A stretch of DNA of 40,580 bases from an uncultured archaeon (GTDB lineage: Archaea; Thermoplasmatota; Poseidoniia; MGIII; CG-Epi1). Positions 27,701-37,695 of this stretch are shown piece after piece. Location of the stretch: assembly GCA_964626865.1 (NCBI GenBank), contig CAZVIT010000002.1:1-40580 (forward strand), given 5' to 3'. Position numbers and translations under genes: made by a program. Position 1 is the stretch's first letter, and each line of letters opens with the position of its first letter. Below the pieces are notes generated by a model. The model did not search any database. It worked only from the letters and a program-made list of their open reading frames with translations, and was not told where the DNA came from.

Positions 27701-30700
27701 AGATGGGGAAGAAATTAATGATCATGAAACGAACCCTAATTTGCCAGATACAGATGGTGATGGAATAGAGGATTATGACGAGATTTTTACCTATTTTACA
27801 AACGCTTCAAACTCAGATACAGATGGTGATGAACTAAGCGATGCAACCGAGATTAACATCTATTTTACAAATGCTACAAAATCAGATAGCGATGATGATG
27901 GACTAAGTGACGGGGAAGAAATTACTGGTACAGGTGGATATTTTACTAATGCTACAAGAAATGATACTGATGGAGACGGACTAGATGACGGACTAGAGAT
28001 TAATACCTATTTTACAAATCCTACAAGTAATGACACTGATTCTGATGGATTACTTGACAAATGGGAACTAACTGGAAACTTCCCTAGTTGTAGCTGGATA
28101 AATTCAGATACGGGAGTTACTTGTGATTTTAATGGGGATGGGGATCAAAATTGGCTTGATGGAACTAATCCAAATAATTGGGATACAGATGGGGGAGCTG
28201 TAGGCGATGGTGTGGAAATCTATGTGGACGAGAGCAATCCTAGGAATGGCTCAGATGATGATACTAATGATTTAGATCAAGACGGAGATGGGCTAACTGA
28301 TGGTCAAGAATTTGTACTTGGAACAGATAGATTGGATCCTGATACCGATGGAGATGGATTGAACGATGGGCATGAAGTAAATAATCTTACAAGTAATCCT
28401 CTAAATGCTGATACTGATGGAGATGGACTAGATGACGGGGATGAAATTAATATTTATTTTTCCAATCTCACATTAGAGGATACTGATGGAGATGGACTAA
28501 ATGATGGGGATGAAATCAACTACTATTATACCAACGCTACAAACAATGATACTGATGGAGATGGCCTAAATGATGGAGAGGAAGTTAATAATTATGATAC
28601 TAATCCTAATTTAGTAGATACTGATGGAGATGGTTTAAGCGATGGGGAGGAAGTTTTAGGTTCTAATGATGGATGGATATATTGTGCACAAGAAGATGAG
28701 GTTTGTGCCTTCAACGGGACTAAATATGTCCGATACGGAATAGATGGAACCTACAATGAAGGTTGGATTAACAATGGTGTTGACTGCTCAAATGATGTTT
28801 TTGGAGATCCGGTTCCTGGAGTTGAAAAAGAATGTTACTACATTTCTCCCGGATATACTTCTAATCCAAATTTAAAAGATACTGATGGAGACGGTTTAGA
28901 AGATGGAGAAGAAATTGATGATTATGGTTCAAATCCAAATCTTGAGGATAGTGATGGTGATGGACTAAATGATGGAGAAGAAGTTAACGATTATAACTCA
29001 AATCCAACATCACTTGATTCAGATGGAGATGGCCTTGGAGATGGCAGTGAAATAAACAATTATGACACGGAACCTGGAAATAATGACACTGATGGCGACG
29101 GACTAGATGACGGACTGGAGATTTTTACCTTTTTTACAGATCCAAACGATACGGATAGTGATGATGATACCTTAAATGATGGTGATGAAGCTCTTGTATA
29201 TGGTTCAGATCCTTTAGATAAAGACACAGATGGTGATGGTCTTGAAGATTACAACGAAACTGCGGTGCATCTTACAAATCCTACCAAGTCAGACACTGAT
29301 GATGATGAATTAAATGACTTTGTAGAAATCTTCACTACACTTACAAATGCTTCGAACTCAGATACTGATGGTGATGGTCTCTTAGATGGAGTTGAAACTA
29401 ACACAGGAACATATGTAGATAATGAGGACACCGGAACCGACCCAAATGATCCTGATAGTGATAATGATGGATTAAGTGATTCTTATGAAATAAGTGAAAA
29501 TCCTGCTTATACTGATCCATTGAATTGGGATACTGATGGAGGAGGAGTTAGTGATGGTGTTGAAATAATAACTGACGAAACTAATCCAAATAATTTGGCT
29601 GATGATAATGTAGCTGCAAGTGATACTGACGGAGATGGGCTAACGAATGGTGAAGAGGAAGTTTATGGAACTAACGTTACAAATCCAGATACAGATGGCG
29701 ATGGTCTCTTAGATGGATTTGAAGTAGATATGGTTGAATCTGACCCACTTCTTGAAGATACTGATGGAGACGGACTAGATGATGGTGTTGAATGGACTCT
29801 AACAGATACAGACCCCACTAATAGTGATAGTGATGGAGATCTATTGAGTGATGGAGATGAAAATATCACTTATGGAACAGATCCAAATAATTGGGACAGT
29901 GATGGAGATGGATTGAGGGATTATGCAGAAATATTTACTTATTTAACTAATCCACTAAACGTAGACACTGATGATGATGAATTAAATGATTGGTATGAAG
30001 TTAACTACCATCTTTCGGATCCTAATGACAATGATACTGATGATGATGGATTAAGTGATTATGAAGAAGCAGTTACCTATGAAACTAGCCTAAAAAAATC
30101 AGACACAGATGATGATGGAATAGAGGATTACGACGAAGTTTTTACCTATTTTACAAATCCCACAGTATCTGATACTGATGAAGATGGTTTAGGTGATGGT
30201 ACTGAAATCTTTTATTGGAATGATTACGTTACAGATCCTCTAGATGAAGATACTGATGGAGATGGATTAAATGATGGGCTCGAAATTGACCTTGGAATTA
30301 ACCCTTTAGATGTGGATAGCGATTCTGATGGACTTGATGATTATTGGGAATATATTAGAAGCTCTGAAGGTTATAACTATGACGCAGGAGATAATGACAC
30401 TGATGACGATGGAACCTTAGATGGTGATGAGGATTTAGACACTGATGGATTAACAAACCTTGAAGAAATAAATACTTATTTTACAGATCCTTTAGAGGTA
30501 GATTCAGATTCGGATAATCTTTGGGACGGGGACGAAATTAACCCTTGGACAATAAAAAAAGATGGAGTAAATAATCTATATAATTACCCTTCAGACCCGA
30601 CTCTTCCAGACTCTGATGGAGATGGATTAAATGACTATGATGAAGTCACTCCTTCAAATGATACTCTTGAATCTAGAACAAATCCCAAGGATAGCGATAC

Positions 30701-33700
30701 TGATAATGATGGTTTAACTGATTATTATGAAATAAGTTGGTATTGGAACATAACTGGTGACGATAACACGCCACGTCTTTACTACATGAATATACAAGGA
30801 TGGAATACATCTGATCCAAGAGAAGAAAATACTGATGGAGATATATGGGATGATGGTGATATAGATGAAGAAAATCCTGTTTACGGATATTTCGAAGATG
30901 AAGATGTGGGGTGGGGAAGTCCTCCAGCAAGAGCTGGAACTCCTACACTTCCTCCTGAGGAAGTCTATAAAGATCAAGAGTTCATATGGTCTTTTGGACC
31001 TTTACTTAATCAGTCCTCGGGGGAACCATATATAGGAGTAGTAATTGATGCATATCTTAACGAGACTGAGGATTCCGATAGCATTTCACACAAAATAGGA
31101 AGTGGAATAACCGATTCTGAGGGATTCATGGAAGTTGTATGTAATGGAAGTTATTTAAAATCACAAATAAAAGCTGGCAATTGGTTCTTACAATTATATC
31201 GCGAAGAACAGTTCATAGAACATGCAAATGTATCAAAAAGGATACTGGAAGAATGGAGAGATGCACCCCCTAGAGGCATTAACATAACTGGAAATACAAC
31301 AATAGACTCTACAATACCTACAACTGCTGCAAGTTTGAAAACAACGATAATAACTGGAACTTTATTTGAAGACGACGGAATTCCTATTCAGAATGATTTT
31401 GTATCTCTTGAATTTGATAATATAACTTATTACGATTTAACAAATGAAAATGGTATTTTCACAATTGAAATTAATACTCCAGATGTAGAAGATGCTTATT
31501 ATGATCTAAATCTAAAATATAATGGAACTGAACATTTAACTGAAAAAATTGAAAATACTTCTATTAGAATAATTAATGCATCCGTTGAATTAAGATTTGA
31601 TGAGTTAAATGATATAACCTTTAATTTAGAAGAAGAATATAACATAAAAGGCACCATATTTGGTGATGAAGGTGCACAACCTACTGGGACTATTGAACTA
31701 AGATATGGAGATAATTATATTGGAGAAGCGATTGTTGTTGGAAATCAGGCCTGGGATATTAGTTTCGCGGTACCACATAATGCTTCATGGGGAAATACCA
31801 TACTAACTGCAACTTATTCGGGTAATGAAATTTATCCTTCTGACATAGTTGTAGATGATATTATAATAAAAGGAGAAAGTAACTTAACATTAGAAAAAAT
31901 TACTTCATTAAGAACTAATTTAATAAAGATAAAAGGAAATTTAACAGACCATAATGGCCAAATTATTGAGGATAAATTAATTACTCTATTCTTTGACAAT
32001 AACCCACTTGGTTCAGTTAGAACTGGAAGTGATGGAAGCTATGTTTTCTCACAGAATTTATCAACTGAATCTGCAGGATTACATCAAATTAAAGCTGTTG
32101 TTTATGGTAGCACTACACTTTCATCTGCTGAAACAATAAATAATCTAACTTTATTAGCTACACCAAATTTAATATTTGACGATTCTGCAAAATGTAAAAA
32201 CACGGAAGAGTTTACAGAAAAAATTTGTAAAGCTGCTAGAGGAACCGAATATAACTTATCAGGAATACTTGTAGATGAATTAGGCAATATAATGCCTAAC
32301 ACAACTATTGACTTCTTCAGTGAAAATATAGGAATGGCACCTCTTTCTAAAACCGACTCCAATGGAGAATTTATTTACAATGAAGTTGTAAATGAAGGGC
32401 AAACTGATATTTTTACGATTGATATTACAATAGAAGAATCATACATATTAGAAACTGTATTTGAACTAGATATTATTCCACAAACAAGCGTAATTCTCAC
32501 CTTAAAAGTAGACAATGAAAACAAAAAGGCATACAGAGGTGAAAATGTCAATTTGTCAGGTTCTCTTGCTGATAATTCAGGTACGCCCCTCAATGATCAG
32601 GTTGTAGGAATTCTTATCAATTCTAATATTGTTTATACTTCTACAGACGAAATGGGCCTTTACACTCTTAATTATCCTTTAGTTTCTAATTATGAGTTAG
32701 GTGAAAGCAATGTTAGCATAATTTATAACGAAACAGATTGGTTTTTAGGTTCTACCGAACACAATGTCTTTATTGTTTCTGGAACTACTACATTTGAGGC
32801 TGTAAATGTTGAAGGTGATTGGTTCAATAATGAATTAAGGCGTGGAGGTGATATCAATGTTTATGGAATATTAGTAGACGACCTAGGAAATCGTGTGAAT
32901 GACAATATTTCAGTTAGCATTGGGAGCTCAGAACTAGCAACGGTATTTACGAATGAATCCACATTTATTTCAACAGGAACTATTCCCGAGGATTATAGAA
33001 ACAATCATACTTTGGAAATTGCCTTTATGGGAAGCTCCTACCTAGATGGAACTCAATACAAGAGTAAGCATTCTATATTAGTAGAAAGTGAAATACGATT
33101 TGATTTTGAACCCCAAAATGTTTTCCCAGGAGATATTGTCAACGTTTCCGTTTGGTTAGAAGAAGATGATGGCAGCCCTATTCCTGATTCAGAACTGGCA
33201 GTTATAGTAAATCTATTTTATGAGAAAAATATTGAAATGGACACATATCTTGAATATAATTTAACTACCGATCAGGATGGTTTTGCTAAATTTAATTTTG
33301 AATTCCCCGAAGATGCAAGTAGCGCAAGTATAGAAGCTGCATTCTCTGGAGGATATATTGATGCATATGATGATACTCCACAAGAAACTGAATTAACATC
33401 TACAAACGTTGCTATTAGTATTACAAAATCTCCTGAAGCAAAAGAGCCTTTTGATATTAATAAGTATTTACCCCTATTCATTGGAATCCCTGCTGCACTT
33501 TTGGTAACTGCTTACTACTTATACTGGACACAAAAACACAAATATGAAGTTCGAAATTTGATTAAGCAAATGCAGAAAGAATTGAATAAAGACGAGGATT
33601 ATAGACAAATTATAATTAAATCTTATCATCAATTATTAAATATTCTTGATAGATATGGATTCATTAAAACTAAGACTCAGACCGTCAGAGAATTTACAGA

Positions 33701-33959
33701 TGTTATGCGAACTGCGTTACCTATACCTAATCAAAGTGTTAAATTATTAACTTCATTGTTTGAAATTGCAAGATACAGTGGAATAAAACCCAAAGTTGTT
33801 GATGAATTTGGAATGGAAATGATTGATGGATCATACAATATCTGGTGTGTAGAAGCAATCAACAATCTCCATGAAGTTGAAATAGAGTTGAACAAAGGAC
33901 TCAAAGAAGGGAAAGTTTCTAGATTCACAAATATATTTGGAATGAGGTCTGCTAAATGA
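24714..33959 (+). CDS. Giant (3,081 aa) surface protein: signal peptide, transglutaminase-like core, a very large array of thrombospondin type-3 (TSP3_bac-like) Ca2+-binding repeats, Ig-like (CarboxypepD_reg-like) repeats, single TM helix, cytoplasmic DUF4129-like tail
   Basis: One uninterrupted ORF. The signal-like N-terminus is [19 protein letters not shown]. An N-terminal cluster of 7 DxDxDG loops lies at about 24831-25240. The transglutaminase-like core lies at about 25896-26303: [26 protein letters not shown] (Cys 26064-26066), NGHAYAEV (His 26247-26249) and GWITFEPT. The main repeat array is at 26410-30880. About 8 repeats of the type G.L.D..G.PI....V.......T.T...G.F lie at about 30981-33440. 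The TM helix [21 protein letters not shown] is at 33465-33527. The tail carries a DUF4129-like signature (TVREFTDVM...[12 protein letters not shown]). Confidence 0.9.
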   Translation: MRGQKYQALIVVILLLTALPYSPFLSRASSIEKDPLAEKDLDGDGIPDPPVRDSDGDGLSDDYEIALGFDPNDFDMDDDGISDLMEQQMWDDLKNLDEIPDSMEDLYDCEGDLDGDGITNCMDPDADGDGFSDADEMADSDFDGIPDMYENMIDHLDPNNPDSDGDGIPDMDDQDPPLPEWAEDMANKNDWTPQPDSNGMGGLEGFYPLAVLAAVKFTVVCDNCGEPTSNPQYWRTAAKIIYDNGYDSNTDSYTRSQWCPAPGCEQYDIETGVVENPGYWSTGSNPYGYDYLVTHPDVTSQQYQYTMTWIMPVQGYLSTSLHTNNVFISNSVTMDSSFNLKVDGYAQAYTFTMTEYNIPENVKQAANAPENFPSEFTELPQFPVRPGPDNDVYDLAASITEGKDTDYQKAEAIMYYLRNNYYYNINGTLTPDGEDFVDYFLFGNGDTDGKCTNFASAFTVLSRISGIPTRYVEGNGPGEVITPEGWQNSGYGESTGYQIEEDTRIITMLNGHAYAEVLFDEIGWITFEPTSSTTCPTCDPNGATTTGDDDTVVGNGTQPGTNYEITDSDGDGLSDEYEIGIGTDPNNPDSDYDTLPDGVESNSGVFVDVDTDTGTSPLLADTDGDGLEDDDEILCRLYSLSGKFCSHPLDSDTDNDGLSDGDEYYTYSTNPIDNDSDDDNLTDGLEIGIIGNIFEEDYNSNSCSTRNGESVYVNCKETWQPDEDGSSTTNPLNPDSDSDGIDDGDEDKNNNGKLDDGETAADLFDTDGGGRSDFEELFTDSTDPRDSEDDIGDTDGDGLLDHREEELGTNPTLMDTDGDGINDGDEVTLYFTNPLEEDSDSDGLTDFEEIYALGSCEWISPKTSISCDYNEDGIRDENDGTDPNDPDTDGGGTYDGFEVDLDGTNPLNNNTDDVPADERDTDGDGLTDMEEINIYNTNKFNNDTDGDGLLDGDEVNTYDTKPDKKDTDGDGLSDYDEIFTHETKPDESDSDEDGIEDGEEINDHETNPNLPDTDGDGIEDYDEIFTYFTNASNSDTDGDELSDATEINIYFTNATKSDSDDDGLSDGEEITGTGGYFTNATRNDTDGDGLDDGLEINTYFTNPTSNDTDSDGLLDKWELTGNFPSCSWINSDTGVTCDFNGDGDQNWLDGTNPNNWDTDGGAVGDGVEIYVDESNPRNGSDDDTNDLDQDGDGLTDGQEFVLGTDRLDPDTDGDGLNDGHEVNNLTSNPLNADTDGDGLDDGDEINIYFSNLTLEDTDGDGLNDGDEINYYYTNATNNDTDGDGLNDGEEVNNYDTNPNLVDTDGDGLSDGEEVLGSNDGWIYCAQEDEVCAFNGTKYVRYGIDGTYNEGWINNGVDCSNDVFGDPVPGVEKECYYISPGYTSNPNLKDTDGDGLEDGEEIDDYGSNPNLEDSDGDGLNDGEEVNDYNSNPTSLDSDGDGLGDGSEINNYDTEPGNNDTDGDGLDDGLEIFTFFTDPNDTDSDDDTLNDGDEALVYGSDPLDKDTDGDGLEDYNETAVHLTNPTKSDTDDDELNDFVEIFTTLTNASNSDTDGDGLLDGVETNTGTYVDNEDTGTDPNDPDSDNDGLSDSYEISENPAYTDPLNWDTDGGGVSDGVEIITDETNPNNLADDNVAASDTDGDGLTNGEEEVYGTNVTNPDTDGDGLLDGFEVDMVESDPLLEDTDGDGLDDGVEWTLTDTDPTNSDSDGDLLSDGDENITYGTDPNNWDSDGDGLRDYAEIFTYLTNPLNVDTDDDELNDWYEVNYHLSDPNDNDTDDDGLSDYEEAVTYETSLKKSDTDDDGIEDYDEVFTYFTNPTVSDTDEDGLGDGTEIFYWNDYVTDPLDEDTDGDGLNDGLEIDLGINPLDVDSDSDGLDDYWEYIRSSEGYNYDAGDNDTDDDGTLDGDEDLDTDGLTNLEEINTYFTDPLEVDSDSDNLWDGDEINPWTIKKDGVNNLYNYPSDPTLPDSDGDGLNDYDEVTPSNDTLESRTNPKDSDTDNDGLTDYYEISWYWNITGDDNTPRLYYMNIQGWNTSDPREENTDGDIWDDGDIDEENPVYGYFEDEDVGWGSPPARAGTPTLPPEEVYKDQEFIWSFGPLLNQSSGEPYIGVVIDAYLNETEDSDSISHKIGSGITDSEGFMEVVCNGSYLKSQIKAGNWFLQLYREEQFIEHANVSKRILEEWRDAPPRGINITGNTTIDSTIPTTAASLKTTIITGTLFEDDGIPIQNDFVSLEFDNITYYDLTNENGIFTIEINTPDVEDAYYDLNLKYNGTEHLTEKIENTSIRIINASVELRFDELNDITFNLEEEYNIKGTIFGDEGAQPTGTIELRYGDNYIGEAIVVGNQAWDISFAVPHNASWGNTILTATYSGNEIYPSDIVVDDIIIKGESNLTLEKITSLRTNLIKIKGNLTDHNGQIIEDKLITLFFDNNPLGSVRTGSDGSYVFSQNLSTESAGLHQIKAVVYGSTTLSSAETINNLTLLATPNLIFDDSAKCKNTEEFTEKICKAARGTEYNLSGILVDELGNIMPNTTIDFFSENIGMAPLSKTDSNGEFIYNEVVNEGQTDIFTIDITIEESYILETVFELDIIPQTSVILTLKVDNENKKAYRGENVNLSGSLADNSGTPLNDQVVGILINSNIVYTSTDEMGLYTLNYPLVSNYELGESNVSIIYNETDWFLGSTEHNVFIVSGTTTFEAVNVEGDWFNNELRRGGDINVYGILVDDLGNRVNDNISVSIGSSELATVFTNESTFISTGTIPEDYRNNHTLEIAFMGSSYLDGTQYKSKHSILVESEIRFDFEPQNVFPGDIVNVSVWLEEDDGSPIPDSELAVIVNLFYEKNIEMDTYLEYNLTTDQDGFAKFNFEFPEDASSASIEAAFSGGYIDAYDDTPQETELTSTNVAISITKSPEAKEPFDINKYLPLFIGIPAALLVTAYYLYWTQKHKYEVRNLIKQMQKELNKDEDYRQIIIKSYHQLLNILDRYGFIKTKTQTVREFTDVMRTALPIPNQSVKLLTSLFEIARYSGIKPKVVDEFGMEMIDGSYNIWCVEAINNLHEVEIELNKGLKEGKVSRFTNIFGMRSAK
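26410..30880 (+). repeat. In-frame tandem array of roughly 57 thrombospondin-type-3-like Ca2+-binding units (basic unit 23 aa / 69 nt, consensus DTDGDGLxDGxEhxxYxTNPxxx)
   Basis: Hand count of D-x-D-x-D-G-type loops in the translation. Perfectly phased 23-aa units occur, for example at 28400-28620 ([23 protein letters not shown] / [23 protein letters not shown] / [23 protein letters not shown]). Near-identical DNA segments recur, for example 27964-28020 versus 29091-29150. Confidence 0.85.
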
Positions 33960-35383
33960 GAAGAACATTCCGTGAAAGATATGGCTCAAAACTTTTTTCT
34001 CTTTTTATCATTCTTATGATGGTTACTGTCGTTTATCCTACCTTAATTACAAATGCTAAAAATCCTTCTCAACTCTCTGCATATGATGACGATTGGAATG
34101 ATATTTCAGATTTTGCTGCAGATATTGATGAAGATCAAAACGGTAAACATGTCATGAAAACTATTGTTTCAAGACCTGCAATCATTAACAAAATATCTGA
34201 AATTGAAAAAAATACAACAACTCAAACTATTAATGTTAATTCAACTGTACTCGTCATTATTGGAGTAGAAAGAAGCTATTCTGAATTTGATTCGAATGCA
34301 ATTTATAATTTTGTTAAATCTGGAGGAAAAGTTATCATTGCTGACGATTCAGGTTATGGAAATTCTGCATTTTATGGTGAAATGGGAACTTTAGAGATTG
34401 GTGTTAAACTAAGAACTAATATCGTTCAAGAAGGTTGCCAGCCAACCCAAGACTCGGGATTACTGGCTCAAGGTTTAGATTTTGCAGGATATGATGGAAG
34501 TAGTGGTAGTAGTCCAAAATGTAAACCTGCTCAATTATATGATTCAAACCATTGGGATGAACCTATACACCCCAAAAATAATTCAATTGCTATAATCGAT
34601 GCTGATGTGCCAAGAATGGGTTTTAGCGGTCAATTAATGATGAGCTCGCCTGGCGCCCTTACAATTCAAAGTGGAGGAGCTGCTGAAGGTTTAGTTTGGT
34701 CAAGCCAACAAGCATTTATCGATTATAACCAGGACCAAATAGGAGGAAAAGGAGAAGGAACATACAGAGATGACTCCACTAATGGTGTAGAAGTTGTTGC
34801 TGAAGCTAATATTGGAGATGGAAAGGTTATTTTTATCTCAGATACAAGCATATTTACAAACGAATATTATGATGATTTAGATAACCGAGACTTTATTTTG
34901 GCAATGGTAAACTACATTACAGAAGGTGAAAAACATACTCTAATTTTTGATGAAAGTCGCCATATACAATCTGACATACTCTCACTTGTTTATGTCCAAT
35001 TATTTGGAATATTAGGATATATTAGTAATAGCGAAACTTTAGGAATCATTTTTTTAGGTTCAATTATTTTAATTTTACAACTAGTCATGATGAGAGTAGA
35101 AAACCCAAAACCTTGGAGGCACCTTTTCAATATATATGAGGGGAGATTATCTCGATTTAGGGTTCCTCATGCACACTATACTCATCCAGATACGATTAAA
35201 GAAATATTTATCGAAAAAGTAAGAATTGAAAATGGATATACAAGAGAAGAGTTTGGGATGCTATCTCAAACAAAAATTGAGGAACTGCTGCATGATCCTC
35301 TATTAATTAAATTTATGATCAATGACGATCGAAGTATGACCTTAAACGAGGTTGAAGAAGCTATAAAAGGATGGAAAAAATAA
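33956..35383 (+). CDS. DUF4350-like (GldG/ABC-type uncharacterised transport system-like) bitopic membrane protein
   Basis: 475 aa. An N-terminal TM anchor ([19 protein letters not shown]) is followed by an extracytoplasmic domain with DUF4350-type motifs ([38 protein letters not shown] and [33 protein letters not shown]). A second TM helix ([18 protein letters not shown]) precedes a ~100-aa cytoplasmic tail. The start forms an ATGA overlap with the giant gene. Confidence 0.6.
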   Translation: MRRTFRERYGSKLFSLFIILMMVTVVYPTLITNAKNPSQLSAYDDDWNDISDFAADIDEDQNGKHVMKTIVSRPAIINKISEIEKNTTTQTINVNSTVLVIIGVERSYSEFDSNAIYNFVKSGGKVIIADDSGYGNSAFYGEMGTLEIGVKLRTNIVQEGCQPTQDSGLLAQGLDFAGYDGSSGSSPKCKPAQLYDSNHWDEPIHPKNNSIAIIDADVPRMGFSGQLMMSSPGALTIQSGGAAEGLVWSSQQAFIDYNQDQIGGKGEGTYRDDSTNGVEVVAEANIGDGKVIFISDTSIFTNEYYDDLDNRDFILAMVNYITEGEKHTLIFDESRHIQSDILSLVYVQLFGILGYISNSETLGIIFLGSIILILQLVMMRVENPKPWRHLFNIYEGRLSRFRVPHAHYTHPDTIKEIFIEKVRIENGYTREEFGMLSQTKIEELLHDPLLIKFMINDDRSMTLNEVEEAIKGWKK

Positions 35384-36450
35384 TGGGCCTATTTGGAAAA
35401 AAGAAAACAAAAGAAGAGCAAGAACCAACTCCTGAAGTTGAGACTGAAGAACAAAATGATGGTGTACAAACCTACATGATGGATCCTTCATTACAAGAAA
35501 CGCACGACATGATGCAAGCGGTTTTAGCTGAGGCTGAACAAGTTGTTATGGGTAAAAGACCTATACTTGACTTAACTGCCGTGGGAATACTTGCTGGTGG
35601 AAATATTCTCTTCGAAGATAATCCAGGATTGGCGAAAACTCTTTTAGCTAATACCTTCGCACAAGCATTAGGCATTAATTTTAAACGTGTCCAATTCACA
35701 CCTGACCTTTTACCTGCAGATATTACTGGAATTTATATATGGAACCAAAAAGACCAAAAATTTGAATTTAGAAAAGGGCCATTATTCTGTAACTTATTGC
35801 TTGCAGATGAAATAAATCGAGCCCCCCCAAAAACACAAGCTGCATTATTGGAAGCCATGCAAGAACATCAAGTTACTATTGAGGGTGAAACCCATATTTT
35901 ACCTGAACCTTTTGTTACACTAGCTACACAGAATCCTATTGAATCTGAAGGTACCTATCCATTACCTGATGCTCAATTAGATCGTTTTATGATGAAACTA
36001 TCTATGGGATATCCTGGAAGGCCTATTGAAAGAGCAATACTTGTAAAACGAAAACAACGTGGAAAAGATGACCATGAACTCCAGGCAATAACTACTCCTG
36101 AAAAGCTTAGAGAAATGCAATTAAGTCTTGAGAAAGTAAGAATAGATGATTCAATTATTGAATATATTGTTGAAATTATTTACCGAACGAGAGAGGATCC
36201 ACGTGTAAAAGTAGGGTCTTCACCGAGAGGTGCACAATCTCTATTCAAGCTATCTAGGGCTCTTGCTGTTTTGAGTGGAAGAGATTATGTAATACCTGAT
36301 GACATCAAAAGACTAAGTATCTATACACTAAGACACAGGATAATTCTAAAACCTGAACCAAGAATTAAAGGTGTTAAAACTGAAGAAATCGTTTCTGAGA
36401 TTCTTGAACAAGTAGAAGTACCAACTACACAAGGACAATTAGAAGACTAG
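35371..36450 (+). CDS. MoxR-family AAA+ ATPase
   Basis: 359 aa. Walker A FEDNPGLAKT, Walker B LLADEINRAPPKTQAALLEAMQE, then VTIEGETH, LATQNP and the C-terminal lid SPRGAQSL. An in-frame alternative start at 35383 (MGLFGKKK...) would give a TAATG overlap with the upstream stop, as at two other junctions in this window. Confidence 0.92.
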   Translation: MEKIMGLFGKKKTKEEQEPTPEVETEEQNDGVQTYMMDPSLQETHDMMQAVLAEAEQVVMGKRPILDLTAVGILAGGNILFEDNPGLAKTLLANTFAQALGINFKRVQFTPDLLPADITGIYIWNQKDQKFEFRKGPLFCNLLLADEINRAPPKTQAALLEAMQEHQVTIEGETHILPEPFVTLATQNPIESEGTYPLPDAQLDRFMMKLSMGYPGRPIERAILVKRKQRGKDDHELQAITTPEKLREMQLSLEKVRIDDSIIEYIVEIIYRTREDPRVKVGSSPRGAQSLFKLSRALAVLSGRDYVIPDDIKRLSIYTLRHRIILKPEPRIKGVKTEEIVSEILEQVEVPTTQGQLED

Positions 36451-37695
36451 ATGTGGAGTAAGAAAGCTGCAGCTGTCGCAGGAGGTGCTATCTTCTTGAC
36501 ACTCGCAGGATTGATTAGATTAAATTATCTTTTCATAAGTGCTGGACTAGTAATGCTAACCTTTGTTGTAATATCAAGTTTCTTAGATGTTTGGATGCCT
36601 AATGTTAAAATTAGGAGAGAAACAACATCTGATAATATTTTTGAAAATGGAACTATGTCTGTCAAATTTATAATTAAAAATACAGGATTAGGAATTGGAT
36701 TTGTAGAAATATATGATAGTCTGCCACCTCAGGCTAGAATAATTAAAGGATCAAATTACACTTTACTATACATGAAGCCTTGGCAAGAAGTTTCTTTTGA
36801 GTATTCACTGAAATTACCACTAAGAGGACATTATCATTTAGGCCCAGTTAAGATGCGTGTAAAGGACGCTTTTGATTTATTTTACAATGAAAGATCAGAA
36901 AAGTCTATACATAGCTTCTCTGTATTCCCTCAAATAGAAGTTCTGGAAGACCAAATTATTACTTCTCGATCTCCGAAATTACTTTCTGGGGCAATGCCTT
37001 TAAATGTAATTGGTACAGGAACTGAATTTTATTCATTAAGAGAATTTGTTCCTGGCGATTCACTTCGTTCAGTCAATTGGAAGGCTTTAGCTAAAAAAGG
37101 TAAGATGATGGTCAATGAAACGGTTAGAGAAGATGTAATGGATGTTATCTTACTATTAGATGCAAGGGAAATCTCTGCAGTAGGAGGAGGTAATGACACT
37201 CCTCTTGAAATGTCCTGTAGAGCTGCTGCAACGTATGCCAAACAACTACTTGATGAAAGAAATAATGTTGCTCTTATGGTTTATGGTGAAAGTATTGAAA
37301 GAGTTGATTTGGACCGAGGTGAACATCATCTTTTCAAAATTTTGACTGCATTATCAAGTGCTAAACCTCAGGGGAATCTAAAATTAGAAATTGTAATGAA
37401 GGATTTGCTACCACACCTTCCAAGTGGATCGCCAATTATTCTTTTTAGTTCACTCGATGATGATCATACTATTGCTGAAGCATTTACAAGCACAATTAGT
37501 AGAGGATTTACAATTACCACTATTTCACCATCTAGCTTAGACTTTGAGGAAAGAATGAAAAGAATTCCTATGGAACCTTTATTGATTGCTAAAATTGAAA
37601 GAGACAACATGATTTCTGAACTTAGAAGCTTTGGACTCCAAGTAGGCGACTGGAAATATGGTGATAATGTAAATACTGCTTTGCAGGAGATGTAA
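36451..37695 (+). CDS. DUF58-domain protein (vWA-like, usual partner of MoxR), N-terminally membrane-anchored
   Basis: 414 aa with two N-terminal TM helices. The DUF58 signature is GTEFYSLREFVPGDSLRSVNWKALAKKGKMMVNE, followed by a vWA-like beta-strand (DVILLLDAR). The start codon directly abuts the MoxR stop (TAG|ATG). Confidence 0.85.
   Translation: MWSKKAAAVAGGAIFLTLAGLIRLNYLFISAGLVMLTFVVISSFLDVWMPNVKIRRETTSDNIFENGTMSVKFIIKNTGLGIGFVEIYDSLPPQARIIKGSNYTLLYMKPWQEVSFEYSLKLPLRGHYHLGPVKMRVKDAFDLFYNERSEKSIHSFSVFPQIEVLEDQIITSRSPKLLSGAMPLNVIGTGTEFYSLREFVPGDSLRSVNWKALAKKGKMMVNETVREDVMDVILLLDAREISAVGGGNDTPLEMSCRAAATYAKQLLDERNNVALMVYGESIERVDLDRGEHHLFKILTALSSAKPQGNLKLEIVMKDLLPHLPSGSPIILFSSLDDDHTIAEAFTSTISRGFTITTISPSSLDFEERMKRIPMEPLLIAKIERDNMISELRSFGLQVGDWKYGDNVNTALQEM

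Noticed and set aside
26410-30880. 69-nt periodic DNA repeats that could superficially resemble a CRISPR-like or satellite array
   Set aside because: The repeats are in frame within one long ORF, have no unique spacers of constant length and encode a coherent protein repeat. No cas genes are present.
25066-30977. Several antisense or alternate-frame ORFs inside the giant gene (25066-25290, 29249-29431, 29663-29869, 30673-30977), rich in His/Pro/Ser/Leu
   Set aside because: They are the complement or frame-shifted reading of the GAT/GAC/GGA-rich repeat codons. Their low-complexity composition is explained by the sense-strand repeats, so they are not independent genes.
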